A stretch of 64,000 nt of DNA. Origin: the human T2T-CHM13v2.0 reference genome, Homo sapiens. Under the pieces are notes generated by a model, which saw only the letters and a list, made by a program, of their open reading frames with translations, was not told where the DNA came from and did not search any database. A program made the translations under genes and the position numbers. The stretch lies in the NCBI RefSeq assembly GCF_009914755.1, contig NC_060934.1; one strand, given 5' to 3'. Below are positions 39,261 through 60,965 of this stretch, one piece after another. Numbering within the stretch: the first letter of the stretch is position 1; the number at the start of each line of letters is the position of its first letter.

Positions 39261-41829
39261 CTGAGCCTGGTTGATAATGTCACTGTGGCTTTCATCCAGA
39301 TAAGAGGCAAAGGAAGAAATTGTTGTTGTTGTGTATACAACTGGAACTTCTATAGGAATCGGGAGAATAGGTCCTCACAAGCCAGAGCCCAGGAAGCAAG
39401 TGTCTGGCATCAGCTTCTCTAACTTACCAGTGGAAATAAAAACCCAAAATCAAGCAGTGAAGTTGGATGCCTTTTAAATGGCTGCTCAAAGGGCTTTTAC
39501 CTAAGTGTGTATATTAAATATCTCTATCCTGCAAATGCACAATAGACTTTATGTTTTATATGGTGGAGATAACCTCAATTCTATTTACTCTCTCTGTTTC
39601 TTTTGTAAAATGAGAAAGGAGCTAAGGAGTTTATGTGTTAAGGGAATGAGCTCCCAAACTCAACTGGAAGTTGGAAATAGAATTGAGAGGGAGCAAGGAA
39701 GCTATAGTGAGTCTTCAGGTGTTAGGATGCGTGCTGCACATGCTTGGGGTCTGAGAGTGGTCATATTCTGTAGGACTCACCATATTCTGTAATGAATGCA
39801 GTAGAGAGTGTGACTGAGATGCACATGGAGAAAACACAGGGTCTGAGCCCTCCAAGCTCCCCAGTGTCCTGTTCTGATCCTCCTGGGGTCACTACAGTCC
39901 TACCCATGGTCCTGTGAAGCACTCTAGTAACTTTAAATCAGTTCCTGCTCACCTCTGTTTCTTGGAACAAATGGAGACTTAACTATCCCAGGCAGAATAA
40001 ACAAACAAACAAACAAAAATAGGATGGAAAATAGGCAGGAGTTTATAGGAAGGACCCGCCTTCCATTCAAAGCTCCAAATAGGTCTTAGCAAAGAGCCAG
40101 GTTGTCTAAGTCCCTTGATGTAACTAACCCCAGGCGCGGGAGCCCCGGAGAGTGCTTGGCTTGGTATCAGGCATCCTAATGGCAGATGCATTCCCGTTGA
40201 AAAGCTCATGTCCAAACAGATCTGTTTTTATTCTTAGTGAGGTTACAGGAAGATTCCCAATCAAAATGGGAGTGGGAAGCAGTGGTATAAAAAGTGGGAG
40301 AGAGAGGGGCAGTTAGAAAGAGGGGTCACATAATCTTCTATCTAGACATATGTTTCATAAGTGATCCTGCCACATTGCATGACATTCCAGATATCTATTG
40401 GTTGTATAAGAAGCCATACTATTTAGAAATACAGCTCCTGATACAAGGGTTGCTGTATAGATACCACGAAAAAAAAATTTAAATAAGAAAAGGCAACATT
40501 ACAGAGACTCCAATACACAGACAGTGTTGAGAAATAATTTGGGGCATAGAATACTATTTATCTCCAAAGTAATTCGAAATACAGGCTTTTGCTCATTTGT
40601 CTGTTCTCTGGGTTTTTTCGGGTTTTTTTTGTTGTTGTTTTGTTTTGTTTTTTGGTTTGGTTGATTTTGGTTTATTTATTTATTTTGAGGACCAACACTA
40701 AAGGGAATGGAAAATCTTTCCAGGAGAGTCATAAGGGTACCCTAAAGAAAAAAGAGCTCTTTCTATAAGAAAAGGAGCTAGTGGCCTTGTGAGCCTTCCC
40801 TGTAGCTGCACTTCTTGCCCCTTATTATAAAAGCAAAACCCAGAAGAGAAAAATAAAATTTCAAAAAAAAAATTAAAACAATAAAGTACAAAATTATTAA
40901 TAGAGCAACTCAATGAGATGTGTTAAGAACAGAAATCACCAGTTTAAGAAATAGAGGTATGGGGGGGAGGGGAGGAAAAAAAATTACATTTTATTCCAAA
41001 ATAAATGTTTAAGACATTGCTAACATAAATAATACTTGAAATTAAATGAGAGAATAATACAAAAGCAGATAAAATGAGTAAAAATTAAGAATGGTTGAAA
41101 ATAAGATTCAAATGGTTAAAATGGAAAAATTCACAGAAAAAAATGAGAATGTAGCATGTTAAAGTAATAAACCAATACAAAATAAAACCAATCTGATAAA
41201 AGCTCAGAAAGTTTGAATAGACAAAATAAATGAAGGATATATTAAAAGCTGAAATAGACAGAAAATCGAAAGTGATAAAGATTTCTTTAAAGGCAAATGA
41301 AGGAGAACTAAGGAATTAAGAATATCAAAGATAAAATGAAGCTGCATTTCGGAGGGATGAGAAATTAAAATCACCATGGCAAAACATTAAAAGAATAAAA
41401 AATTATAAAGCTGAAATTTTCAAAGTACAAAAGTAAAGCTAGGGAAGAATGAAGAACAGAAACAGCAATGAAAAAGACTTACTTCTTTAAAACTACATAA
41501 ATAAAACCAAGCCTCCACAGAGACCCTCGAAAGCAGAGAGGGCAGAGCTGTTTAACAAAAACTGTCTTATTCATGAAAACCTAGCCACAGACTCAGAGAA
41601 CAACCCACTGCCCTCGCCCTAATTCTTCTGCTGCCCACAGTCCCTAAACTCCTGCTACCACATGCAGGAATTAACAATAAGGAAAAACATATTATAGAAA
41701 GAAAAGAAGGGGAGTTTCTTTGATTTGTGTTAACAGCCTTTAGGAGGAGGAGCATTTTATTTGCCATGCTCCCATTTCTTGACATATAAATCTGTGTCTC
41801 AAAGTCCATCTTTGTGTTTTTCCCTACAG

Positions 41830-43243
41830 TGAGAACAATAAGAATTCCTTGGAGAGCAGCCTACGGCAACTAAAATGCCATTTCACCTGGAACTTGATGG
41901 AGGGAGAAAACTCCTTGGATGATTTTGAAGACAAAGTATTTTACCGGACTGAGTTTCAGAATCGTGAATTCAAAGCCACAATGTGCAACCTACTGGCCTA
42001 TCTAAAGCACCTCAAAGGGCAAAACGAGGCAGCCCTGGAATGCTTACGTAAAGCTGAAGCGTTAATCCAGCAAGAGCATGCTGACCAGGCAGAAATCAGA
42101 AGTCTGGTCACCTGGGGAAACTATGCCTGGGTCTACTATCACATGGGCCGACTCTCAGACGTTCAGATTTATGTAGACAAGGTGAGACATGTCTGTGAGA
42201 AGTTTTCCAGTCCCTATAGAATTGAGAGTCCAGAGCTTGACTGTGAGGAAGGGTGGACACGGTTAAAGTGTGGAGGAAACCAAAATGAAAGAGCGAAGGT
42301 GTGCTTTGAGAAGGCTCTGGAAAAGAAGCCAAAGAACCCAGAATTCACCTCTGGACTGGCAATAGCAAGCTACCGTCTGGACAACTGGCCACCATCTCAG
42401 AACGCCATTGACCCTCTGAGGCAAGCCATTCGGCTGAATCCTGACAACCAGTACCTTAAAGTCCTCCTGGCTCTGAAGCTTCATAAGATGCGTGAAGAAG
42501 GTGAAGAGGAAGGTGAAGGAGAGAAGTTAGTTGAAGAAGCCTTGGAGAAAGCCCCAGGTGTAACAGATGTACTTCGCAGTGCAGCCAAGTTTTATCGAAG
42601 AAAAGATGAGCCAGACAAAGCGATTGAACTGCTTAAAAAGGCTTTAGAATACATACCAAACAATGCCTACCTGCATTGCCAAATTGGGTGCTGCTATAGG
42701 GCAAAAGTCTTCCAAGTAATGAATCTAAGAGAGAATGGAATGTATGGGAAAAGAAAGTTACTGGAACTAATAGGACACGCTGTGGCTCATCTGAAGAAAG
42801 CTGATGAGGCCAATGATAATCTCTTCCGTGTCTGTTCCATTCTTGCCAGCCTCCATGCTCTAGCAGATCAGTATGAAGAAGCAGAGTATTACTTCCAAAA
42901 GGAATTCAGTAAAGAGCTTACTCCTGTAGCGAAACAACTGCTCCATCTGCGGTATGGCAACTTTCAGCTGTACCAAATGAAGTGTGAAGACAAGGCCATC
43001 CACCACTTTATAGAGGGTGTAAAAATAAACCAGAAATCAAGGGAGAAAGAAAAGATGAAAGACAAACTGCAAAAAATTGCCAAAATGCGACTTTCTAAAA
43101 ATGGAGCAGATTCTGAGGCTTTGCATGTCTTGGCATTCCTTCAGGAGCTGAATGAAAAAATGCAACAAGCAGATGAAGACTCTGAGAGGGGTTTGGAGTC
43201 TGGAAGCCTCATCCCTTCAGCATCAAGCTGGAATGGGGAATGA
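41830..43243 (+). CDS. IFIT2: IFIT2 coding exon 2: interferon-induced protein with tetratricopeptide repeats 2 (ISG54), 472 aa in total
   Basis: Acceptor TTTTTCCCTACAG|T. Intact ORF with the IFIT signature LKCHFTW, TPR helices, EEGEEEGEGE and C-terminus SASSWNGE*. Confidence 0.99.
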
Positions 43244-45119
43244 AGAATAGAGATGTGGTGCCCACTAGGCTACTGCTGAAAGGGAGCTGAAATTCCTCCA
43301 CCAAGTTGGTATTCAAAATATGTAATGACTGGTATGGCAAAAGATTGGACTAAGACACTGGCCATACCACTGGACAGGGTTATGTTAACACCTGAATTGC
43401 TGGGTCTTGAGAGAGCCCAAGGAGTTCTGGGAGAGGGACCAGATTGGGGGGTAGGTCCACGGGCTTGGTGATAGAATTATTTCTCGATTGACTTCTTGAG
43501 TGCAATTTGAACTGTAACATTTGCTTAGTCACCTTTAGTGGAGTAATCCACTGGGCTTGTTTCTATATTTATATAAAGCAGCCAAATCCTTCATGTAATA
43601 TTGAAGTCCATTTTTGCAATGTTGTTCCATACTTGGAGTCATTTTGCATCCCATAGAGGTTAGTCCTGCATAGCCAGTAATGTGCTAAGTTCATCCAAAA
43701 GCTGGGGGACCAAAGTCTAAATAGGGCTCAGTATCCCCCATCGCTTATCTCTGCCTCCTTCCTCCTCCTTCCCAGTCTATCATCAACCTTGAGTATTCTA
43801 CACAATGTGAATTCAAGTGCCTGATTAATTGAGGTGGCAACATAGTTTGAGACGAGGGCAGAGAACAGGAAGATACATAGCTAGAAGCGACGGGTACAAA
43901 AAGCAATGTGTACAAGAAGACTTTCAGCAAGTATACAGAGAGTTCACCTCTACTCTGCCCTCCTCATAGTCATAATGTAGCAAGTAAAGAATGAGAATGG
44001 ATTCTGTACAATACACTAGAAACCAACATAATGTATTTCTTTAAAACCTGTGTGAAAAAATAAATGTTCCACCAGTAGGGATAGGGGAAAAGTAACCAAA
44101 AGAGAGAAAGAGAAAGGAATGCTGGTTTATCTTTGTAGATTGTAATCGAATGGAGAAATTTGCAGTATTTTAGCCACTATTAGGAATTTTTTTTTTTTGT
44201 AAAATGAAGACTGAACTCTGTTCAAATGCTTTCATGAACCTGGTTTGAGACGGTAGGAAAGCAACAAAACGTGGGAACCTGGTGACTAAGGGCCTGGTGC
44301 AAGGACTTGGGAAATGTCATTGATAATAGATGGTGGGGTTTTCCCCCCTTTAGAAATGTTGGATATTAAGTGATATAAACACTTCTTTTAACTCCGAAAA
44401 TCTTCTGAGAAATCACAAAATTCACGGTATGCTTGGAACGATTGAGATTTTCTAGGTAGATGCTGAATAGCCTAGACATCAAAGTTGGTGTGAACCAAAA
44501 TAGAGTCAGCTGACCCAGCATCAGCCACACTCTGGGTTGGAAAATGTTTGCCTGTTGGAATTAATTTAAGCTTAAGTATATATCAACATTATTTTATTGT
44601 GCAATTAAAACAATACAAATTCATGGTTTTTTAAAGTTAAAAATTCTAACCACTGTAACAACAGTTTTTGTGTTATTTTCTGTATTAAACATCTTGTTGC
44701 ACGCATTTGAGGTCATCAGGGTGCAAAATTTGTATTCCTGAAAATGTCATATATTTTCATTAATAAATAACCTAAATATGATAAAACATAAAGCAGTGTT
44801 CTGGTTCATCTGGAATTTTGCTGTACTTTAAATCTTTCAGACTCAGCTACTGATAAATGAAACGTTACACAGGTGTGAACCAAATCCAAATAACCTCGAC
44901 TGGTCTACTATCATAATCACCTGAACAGAACAAAACTTTTTCCTCAGCTTTAAGAGTCCAGGGCTTCGGATAACAGCTGCCATCTGCCACCTGCTACCAT
45001 TGACCTACGTGAACACAGACATTCTGTCTCCACCTTGATGGTGGGTGGGCTGCTCCCCTTTTCTTTGTTAAATTTTGTGCTTTCATCACATTTTCTCTAT
45101 TCTGACCTCTGTTATGAGA

Positions 45120-45125
45120 AATAAA
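45120..45125 (+). terminator. IFIT2: Probable main IFIT2 polyadenylation signal (other AATAAA at 44059 and 44762)
   Basis: AATAAA followed by CA ~13 nt later and a T-rich tract. It implies a ~1.9-kb 3' UTR, consistent with the ~3.4-kb mRNA as recalled. Confidence 0.65.
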
Positions 45126-47095
45126 AGTCACTGATTCCATTTTATGCCCCATCCTGGACGCAATCCAAATGCATGTTAAAGAGTCTTCCCTATTAAGTAA
45201 AGAATAGGAAGAGACAAGAAGGCCCAAAATCTCTATTATTTTTCAATAGGCCTCTAATGGAAAACACAAATCACACCAACTGCAAAGGTAAACTCATTTC
45301 ATTGGATCAAAATGGACAAGTGTATGTTTCAGGGGAAGATCTAGCTCACCTTGATCTGAGTAAATTAGGACTACATCTGGTGCCTGGGAAGGAACACCAC
45401 ACGTATTCTGAGTGGAAGGTTAAAATGGACAGGTATGCCGACCTTGAGAGAGGACCCTTGGTACCTGTGTGTGCTAAAGATGGATGTATGTAATCTTGTC
45501 CTTGCATGTCATGCCTCCAGTCCCTTGCTGGAACAGGACCCTTAGTGGGAAAACAGCAAGAAGGGTAGAAAAGGGAAACATAACATATTACACTTAATAT
45601 GAGGGCTTAAAGTTAACAAATGATTGGAAAACAATGAAAATTATGTACATAGCTCCAGTTTCCTGAAATTTCACTATCCAAGAATAACAAATGAAGTCAC
45701 ATTAATTGGGCTTGACTTGTAATTCCCAGCCTTTTAGCCACATTTCCCGGGGCAGGACATTTGACTCCCTTCATATATTCATCCAACACGGCAAGCCCCT
45801 AGTAGATGTCTCCTATGTGCTCATGAACCCGTTTATCAGAGTTATCGGACCACATCTGCTACTTATGTAGCTTCAACACCCATATCCATCAATGACCATT
45901 GCCCCTAAAACTGCCTTCAATACATTTCACATTCTCTGTATTTGATTGCCACCTTGAGAGTACTAATATCTCTGCCAACAATGTTTTCAAGTGTGTTAGT
46001 GCCAGTGAAAGAGTGAGAAGAATTCCTCTTATCTCTGTGTTGGTTCCAAGTAGTTCTTATTTATTTCTCTGCCTCAGAGTCCTCAGTGAAAAAGATTCAT
46101 CACTTCTGCTTGTCTTTCTCCATAGAGCTCAGACACAGTCCCTGGGGACAGCTGACCTTGAGTCATGCTGCACTTTCACCTTCCTTCATACCCTATGTCA
46201 ATTGACATATCCAATACAACTGGATCCAGTGCAACTGGAAGACTGGAAGCATTAGAATTCTGATTATAACACAGATAGGCCTTGTGTTAGGATCCCTACC
46301 ATACGTGCAATCAACCTTGGATGCCAATCTGAGGGTTGCAGTTTGCAACCTACATTTGCCCTATTGCCCTTTTTGGAAAAGGGACTAACTTAGACTAATA
46401 TGTAAGAAATTTTCCCCATGATTAATAGTGCAGCTACCTCATTGCTGATTATCTACACCTTCTAGGGAGGCTGCAAAGAGGGAAACCCACTAAAATCCTT
46501 AGATGTACCTAGGTGCATGCACTTGTAAGAGAGGCATTCTCAGCTCTACATGGGGCCTCCCTTCAGCTGCTTTACATACAGGACTTAAGACTAGAGAAGA
46601 GACCAGAGGCAGGATTTGTTGGAAGCCTGTGGAAACAAATCCCAAACAGTTCTGCTTCTCCTCTGGTTCTCTGTAGGCTGCTGTTGAAAAGGAGGCTACC
46701 AAACAGGTAAACGATACAAATAGACCCCAGAGCCTTGGTTTATGTCTCACTTGTTTTGGAAACATAATGAGTCATAGTTTGTGTTATTTCTGAGTAAAAT
46801 GTAAAAATACACAGTAAATTCTGCCCTGAACCTAGAAATTCCTGAAACCCTTCTAGAGATCTGGAAATTGGCCCCAGTGTGTTTATACAGATATAATCTA
46901 ATTAAAATATTTGAAAAGTCTTTCTTTACCTTTCCAGAATCCTGGATATCCCAAGTAAATGAGCCTATTTATGTTCTGCTTTTGATTCACAGATATTACA
47001 GAGCAAAGGCACTGTGATATAAAACCACTGAGCACACATTTTCCTTTCTCATTTTTAAATTAAACTTACTAATTTGTCATCAAGCACTACATTTA

Positions 47096-47413
<318 letters not shown>

Positions 47414-47946
47414 ACCCTCAAACCTACTTGTACGTTTTTTGCATTTAGTGAAACACCTACATAAGTTGGAGCTTTAAAACATATGTATAAAACTTTGTAA
47501 TATATCTTCTAATTGTTGATTAAGGAAAACTAGAGTTCACTAGAATATTTAAATAGAAACATTTTAAATAATGATTAAGGCTTTTAGGTTATGGAAAAGA
47601 GTTGATTTGTCTAGGTGTTAAAAAGGAAATTATTATTTCCACTAGCAATGTATGAGAAATACTGTTTTCAGCATCTTCACCAATACTGAATGTTACCAGT
47701 CTTTAATTTTTGTCAATCTGATGAGTGCATGCATATATTTCCAAAAAAGGCACTGGCGTATAGATCACAGAAAAATAAAATGTTCAAGTGTGGAATCTGT
47801 ATGACGGAAATCCTCTCCACACCCAGAATGCTAGTTTTCTCTCCTCTCTCTCTGTCTGTCCCCACCATCTCTCTCTTCCTTTTTCTCTCCTTCTTTCTCA
47901 CTTTTATCTTCCCTTTACGTCTTCTTCCTTCAAGTTTCTCTTTCTA

Positions 47947-48332
<386 letters not shown>

Positions 48333-48442
48333 ATAATTCAATAAAGACTTTCTAGAATCACTTTCTTCTGATCAAAATTCCAAAGAAATATCTGTTTGTC
48401 TCATTTCAAGTCAATATCCATTACCAATAGAATCCAGTTGAC

Positions 48443-48727
<285 letters not shown>

Positions 48728-48954
48728 TCATATTCCAGAGAAAGCAGGGGCTTAGAGTGCATGCTTTCTGCAGGAATGAGAGCAAATTATCCAAGAAGGA
48801 GACATGGGAGGAGGGAGAAAATGACTGGCAGAGGACATGGCTTGCATACCTAGAATACACTCTAGCTTTCAATCACACGAGCACACACTTTTGTGTGTAG
48901 TCCAGCACTGTCTTACATGTTATTACCTGTAGAATATCTAGAGTTCTAACTAGA

Positions 48955-49135
48955 CCAGTATTTCTCAGACTTTAATGTGCAGTGCCTACTTTCATGTGCA
49001 CAATCACCTGAGGATCTTGTTAAAATGTAGACTATGATTCAGTAGATCTGGGTGGAGCCTGAGACTCTGTATTTCTCACAAGCTCTCAGGTCAAAACAAG
49101 GCCTGTAGTCTGTAAACTACACCTTGAATAGCAGA
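48955..49135. mobile_element. MER5-like MITE
   Basis: CAGTATTTCTCAGACTTTAATGTGCA...ATCACCTG...GATTCAGTAG...ACACCTTGAATAGCA. Confidence 0.6.
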
Positions 49136-49312
49136 GGTATAGACTGAACTGCAACCAATTCAATCTGGTTCCATTTTTCAGTTTATCCTTTAGTCAGAAA
49201 TGAAGATCATACCAGCACATTTTCCTTCCTACAGCCTTCTCTCTCTTTCAGTAACTCATCTCTTGAGATCTCAGATAAGAAAATCTGTATTACCTCAAAA
49301 ATAAGTATGTTT

Positions 49313-49910
49313 AATGTAAAATGGTGCAGCCACTTTGGAAAATAGTTGGACAGTTCTTCAAATGGTTAAACATAGTTACCATATGACCCAGCAATTCCAT
49401 TCCTAGATACATATGTAAGAAAAAGGAAAACATGAAAACATAGGTTCACACAAAACTTGTGCATGAATGTTCATAGCTGTATTATTCACGATGGCCAAAA
49501 AGTGGACCCATCAACTGATGAATTGATAAATTAAATATGGTAGAGCCACATAATGGAATATTATTTGGAAACAAAAATAAGTGAAGTACTTACTGATACA
49601 TGATACAACACAGATGAACCTTGAAAACATGCAAAGTGACAAAAGGCAATTTAAAAAGTCACATATTGTATGATTCTGTTTATATGAAATGTGGAACGGA
49701 GGCAAATTTATAGACACAGAAAATAGATTAGCAGTTGCCTAAGGCTAGGGGAGGGGGTTGTGACGATGGGAGATGACAGCTTGAGAATGTTCTATAATTG
49801 ATTGTGGTGCTGGTTGCATAACTGTGAATATAATGAAAGCTATTGAATTGTATACTTTAAATGAGTGGATTATATGATATGTGAATTATATTTTATTATA
49901 GCTGTTAAAA
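49313..49910 (+). mobile_element. L1MB-type 3' fragment
   Basis: AATGTAAAATGGTGCAGCCACTTTGGAAA...CATATGACCCAGCAATTCC...GAATTGTATACTTTAAA. Confidence 0.75.
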
Positions 49911-50255
49911 ATGGGCACTCTTATTCCAAATATAATAAAGAAAATTTTTCTTTTGTTATCTATTTTTACTTCTAAGTTTGTTTTCATTGTGTTGTATCCT
50001 TATTAGTAGCATTTTGAATACTGTCATTGCTTTCACATTCGGTAGATATGTTAGATAAGTTATGTATTCTATTTTCTGAGTTGGGTGTGCTATGAAAATC
50101 TGGTCCCATCTGATTTTATATTTAAATACTCATACGCAGGAACCTTACTGATTGGCAAATTGGCACAAAGAAAGAGTCCAAATACAGAAGAGAATTTGAC
50201 TCCATATGTAAGTTCAAATCTGCATGTGTACAAGTTTAAGAATAATGTGAATTTA

Positions 50256-50583
<328 letters not shown>

Positions 50584-51790
50584 TCAGTCACCATGTGCAA
50601 CTGTTGCAAATACTGCTAATTCATGAGTACTTTTTGAGCCAGGAATTAGAACAAAAAGAAAAGCAAGAAAATGGACAATAGGTCCTACTGTACTGGAAAA
50701 ATAATTATTCATTACATAAGAATCTATTGCATTCTGGTGAAAGACAGTCTTTGAGCAGTTTGCTGAATTTGCCTTTTCTCTGATCTTTATTGCTACAATC
50801 CTCTCTGAACTCCAAAGCAGAATCTGTCTCTAAAAATCAGCTCCCTCACAATGCACAAACATGCATGATATAATCTCCATTCATTGTGAGCAAAGAAGGG
50901 AAGATAGGCAACTTTTCCCTGGGCTGGATGTTTAGGGTTTCAAGTCCAATTCTACCAGAATTAAGCACTGGATTCTGAGTAACAGAGGTGCTATTTGTTC
51001 TTTCAAAATTTTACATGTTTGTATCTGTGATATATGGGACCCTCTAAAGCACGGGGCCAAAGGCACCTTCTAACTGGGTATAAGGATGGTATTTATACCA
51101 TTTATGATATCACAAATATATGTACCTTTTATAAAGATATGTCACTTTATTATCACCAAGATAACAAATTGTTAAGTTAAACAACCAATCAGAATTAGAC
51201 TTTTCCAAGTTGCAGGTTTCTTTCTTAGACTATAACAACCTCTGAACTCGAAGTATCTCATGAGACTCTGTTGTTGGAAACACCATATGTCATGTTAATT
51301 TTGCTACACAAGAGTCTCTGCTTTGTGCAGCTACAGGATGGAGGAAACGCTTCTAGCTAACAATTCCTTCGTTATCAAATTAGTCATGACAACTATACTC
51401 CCTAGGTTTTTATGAATATTTACATCATGGTTGGGAAGTATTATAAAAATGAAAAGAAAAAAAAACCTCTCAGGGTAGTATCAACTCCTTCAGAGCTCAA
51501 AGCATAAATATATAATCCATCCATTAAACAATAATATGTGTATTACTTTTGCCCATTTTACAGCTGGGTAAACTAAATTATTATCCAGAGCTTGGAAAGC
51601 TAAACAGCTCACAGATTCCTCCAGGGCCTGGCTTCGTATGTTTAGTGTGAGGCAAAAAGGAAATTCTGGCTCAATGATATGGCCCCTGGAAAATTCGAGA
51701 ACTAGTAAAGTAAACAGAGATAATTAAATCTAGGTCTCTAGGTCTAAATTTACTTCTGGGGGACAATTTACTGGACAAAACTACTATTTT

Positions 51791-51855
51791 TTTTTATTAT
51801 ACTTTAAGTTTTAGGGTACATGTGCACATTGTGCAGGTTAGTTACATATGTATAC
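51791..51855 (-). mobile_element. Very short (~65 bp) antisense L1PA 3' end
   Basis: TTATTATACTTTAAGTTTTAGGGTACATGTGCAC... flanked by TSD AAAACTACTATTTT (51777-51790 and 51857-51870). Confidence 0.9.
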
Positions 51856-51964
51856 TAAAACTACTATTTTTTTTACAAAACATTTTGGAAGTCTTTCATA
51901 TAACCGGCTCCCAGAAACCCCTACATCAGAATCTCCTAGAGACATTATTAAAAATGCAGTTTCA

Positions 51965-58090
<6,126 letters not shown>

Positions 58091-59870
58091 AAAAATGCAG
58101 TTTCAAGCTCGGGGTTAAGATGGTAAACTAGAAGCAACTCATGTGCCAGGCTATCACGGAAAGGAAACAAAAGGGCTAGTGAGCATTGACCCTGCAGGCC
58201 AATCATCTGAGAAATCATGTCAGGGATTCGGGATCCTTCAAGATGTAAGGGGATTACAGAGAGCAGAAAGGGGTGAAGCTAGATACCAGCCTGTCCGGGC
58301 TCAGCGTGGATCCAGGAGAATTTCTCCAACACTGGAAAGGGTGAGTGAGTGAGAACCCCCTAGGGGATTCACACTCTCGACAGGGACCTGTGCAAGACTG
58401 GAAATGGGAGAATGCCCCTGAAACCCCTGCCCACCCCCGACCCCACCACCGTGCTTCTAGACTGAGGCAGAGAGCCCCCCAGACATTTTGGAGGGCAACT
58501 CTCTAGTCCAAGGAGACTTCTGCAAGCCTTGTGCCCCCAAGAAGACCAGCACTGGTGCCATAGCCCAATAAAGGCTGCAGTCCCAGTGCCTAGGAGCAGT
58601 AAGATTGCCCCATCTCAAACCCTTTCTGGATGGGGCTTGGTGCCAGCTTCCAGCCTACTGGTCCTACTTCTCTGTCTGAACTCAGCCAGTGACCATAGCC
58701 TCCTGTTCTCCCAGGAAGCACCTGGAGGGCAAGACAGGTGACTACATCTACCCCTGCCACTGGTTGCCAGGCAGGCAACACTTGCTAGAGCTTCCATCCC
58801 AGTGGTTCCACTTCTGTCTGAATTCAGCCAGAGAGCACAGCCTCCTGTTGTCCTGGGAAACATTCAGGCAAGGTAGGCAACCCCACCTACCCTGGCCTCT
58901 TGTAGCCAGGCAAGCCATGCCTGCTAGAGCTTCCAATTTATGTCCCACAGCCAAATTCTCATTTCCCATTCCTTTATAAAATTCTTGTTTCTGTTGGTTC
59001 AACATACACAAATCAATAAATGTGATTCACCACATAAGCAGAACTTAAAACTGAAACCACGTGATCATCTCAATAGATACAGAAAAGGCTTTTGATAAAA
59101 TTCAACATCCATTAATGTTAAAAATCCTCAACAAACTAGATATTGAAGGAACATACCTCCAGATAATAAGAGCCATCTATGATAAACCCAAGGTCAACAT
59201 CATACTGAATGGGCGAAAGCTGAAAGATTTCCCCTTGAGAACTGGAAAAATACAGGGATGCCCACTCTTAGCACTCCTATTCAACAGAGTACTGCTAGCA
59301 TGAGCAAGCAGGCAAGAGAATGAAATAAAAGGCACCTAGATAGGAAGAGAGGAAGTCAAACTATCTATCTTTGCAGACAATTTGATTGCATACCTAGAAA
59401 ACCCCCACGTCTCTACCCAAAAGCTCGTAGGTCTAATAAACAGCTTCAGCAAAGTTCCAGGATACAAAATCAACATACAAAAATGAGTAGCATTCCTATA
59501 CACTAACAAAATCCAAGCCGAGAGCCAAATCAGGAAGACAATCCCATTCACAATAGCCACAAAAAGAATAAAATACCTAGAAATACAGCTAACGCAGGAG
59601 GTGAAAGATCTCTACAATGAGAATTACAAAACATTGTTCAAAGAAATCAGAGATGACACAAACAAATGGAAATGCTCATGGATAGGAAGAATCGATATTG
59701 CTAAAATGGCCATACTACCCAAAGCAATTTACAAATTCAATGCTATTCCTAACAAGCTACCAATGACAGTCTTCATAGAATTAGAAAAACCTATTTTAAA
59801 ATTCCTATAGAACAAAAAGTGCTCAAATACCCAAAGCAATCCTAAGCAAAAAGAACAAAGCTGGAGGCAT

Positions 59871-60077
59871 CATGTTACCTGACTTTGAACTATACTATAA
59901 GGCTACAGTAACCAAAATAGCATGGTACTGGTACAAAAACAGACACATAGACCAATAGAACAGAATAGAGAGCCCATGTTACCTGACTTTGAACTATACT
60001 ACAAGGCTATAGTAACCAAAATGCATGGTACTGGTACAAAAACAGACACATAGACCAATGGAACAGAATAGAGAGCC
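59871..60077 (+). repeat. 104-bp tandem duplication inside the L1 ORF2 relic
   Basis: CATGTTACCTGACTTTGAAC...AATAGAGAGCC at 59871-59974 and 59975-60077, differing by 3 substitutions and 1 indel. Confidence 0.93.
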
Positions 60078-60638
60078 CAAACTTAAGGGCACACACCTAC
60101 AGCCATCTGATCTTCAACAAAGCTGACAAGAACAAGCAATGGGGAAATGATTCCCTGTTCAATAAAGGGTGCTGGGATAACTGGCTAGCCATATATAGAA
60201 GACTGAAATTGGACCCCTTCCTTACATCATATATGGAAATCAACTCAAGATGGATGAAATGTAAAACCTAAAAATATTAAAACCCTGGAAGATAACCTAG
60301 GAAATACGATTCTCAACATAGAAACCAGCAAAGATTTCATGATGAAGACACCAAAAGCAACTACGACAAAACCAAAAATTGACAAACGGGACCTAATTAA
60401 ACTAAAGAGCTTCTGATAGCAAAAGAAACTATCAACAGAGTAAACAAGCAACTGACAGATGGGAGAAAATATCTGCAAACTATGCATAACCAAAGGTCTA
60501 ATATTGAGAATCTATAAGAAACTTAAGCAAATTAACAAGCAAAAAAGCAAACAGCTCCATTAAAAAGTGGGCAAAGGACATGAACAGACACTTTTTAAAA
60601 GAAGACATGCATGCGGCCAATAAGAATATGAAAAAATA

Positions 60639-60965
60639 TGTGGTGTTTGGTTTTCTGTCCTTTGTGATATTTTGCTGAAAATGATGGTTTCCAGCTTCAT
60701 CCATGTCCCTGCAAAGGACACAACTCATCCTTTTTTATGGATGCATTGTATTCCATGGTGCATATGTGCCACATTTTCTTTACCCGGTCTATTGGGTTGG
60801 TTCCAAGTCTTTGCTATTGCAAATAGTGCCGCAATAAACATATGAACCAACATGGCACATGTATACCTATGTAACAAACCTGCACATTGTGCACATGTAC
60901 CCAAGAAATTAAAGTATAATAATAAAAAAAGAAAATAAATTTCTTCCTTCAGATACCCTAAAAAA
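60639..60965 (+). mobile_element. 5'-inverted (twin-primed) L1PA insertion with short 3' transduction
   Basis: Inverted L1 piece at 60639-60844, sense 3' end at 60846-60930, non-L1 tail at 60931-60959, then poly(A). 17-bp TSD AAGAATATGAAAAAATA at 60622-60638 and 60966-60982. Confidence 0.85.

Noticed and set aside
41849-41851. ORF-track start of IFIT2 (464 aa)
   Set aside because: It is a TTG (Leu9). The real start is the ATG in exon 1 at 37992, giving 472 aa.
46140-46780. Two TGAGTCA AP-1 sites downstream of IFIT2
   Set aside because: They are 600 bp apart with no other convincing motif cluster, which is compatible with chance.
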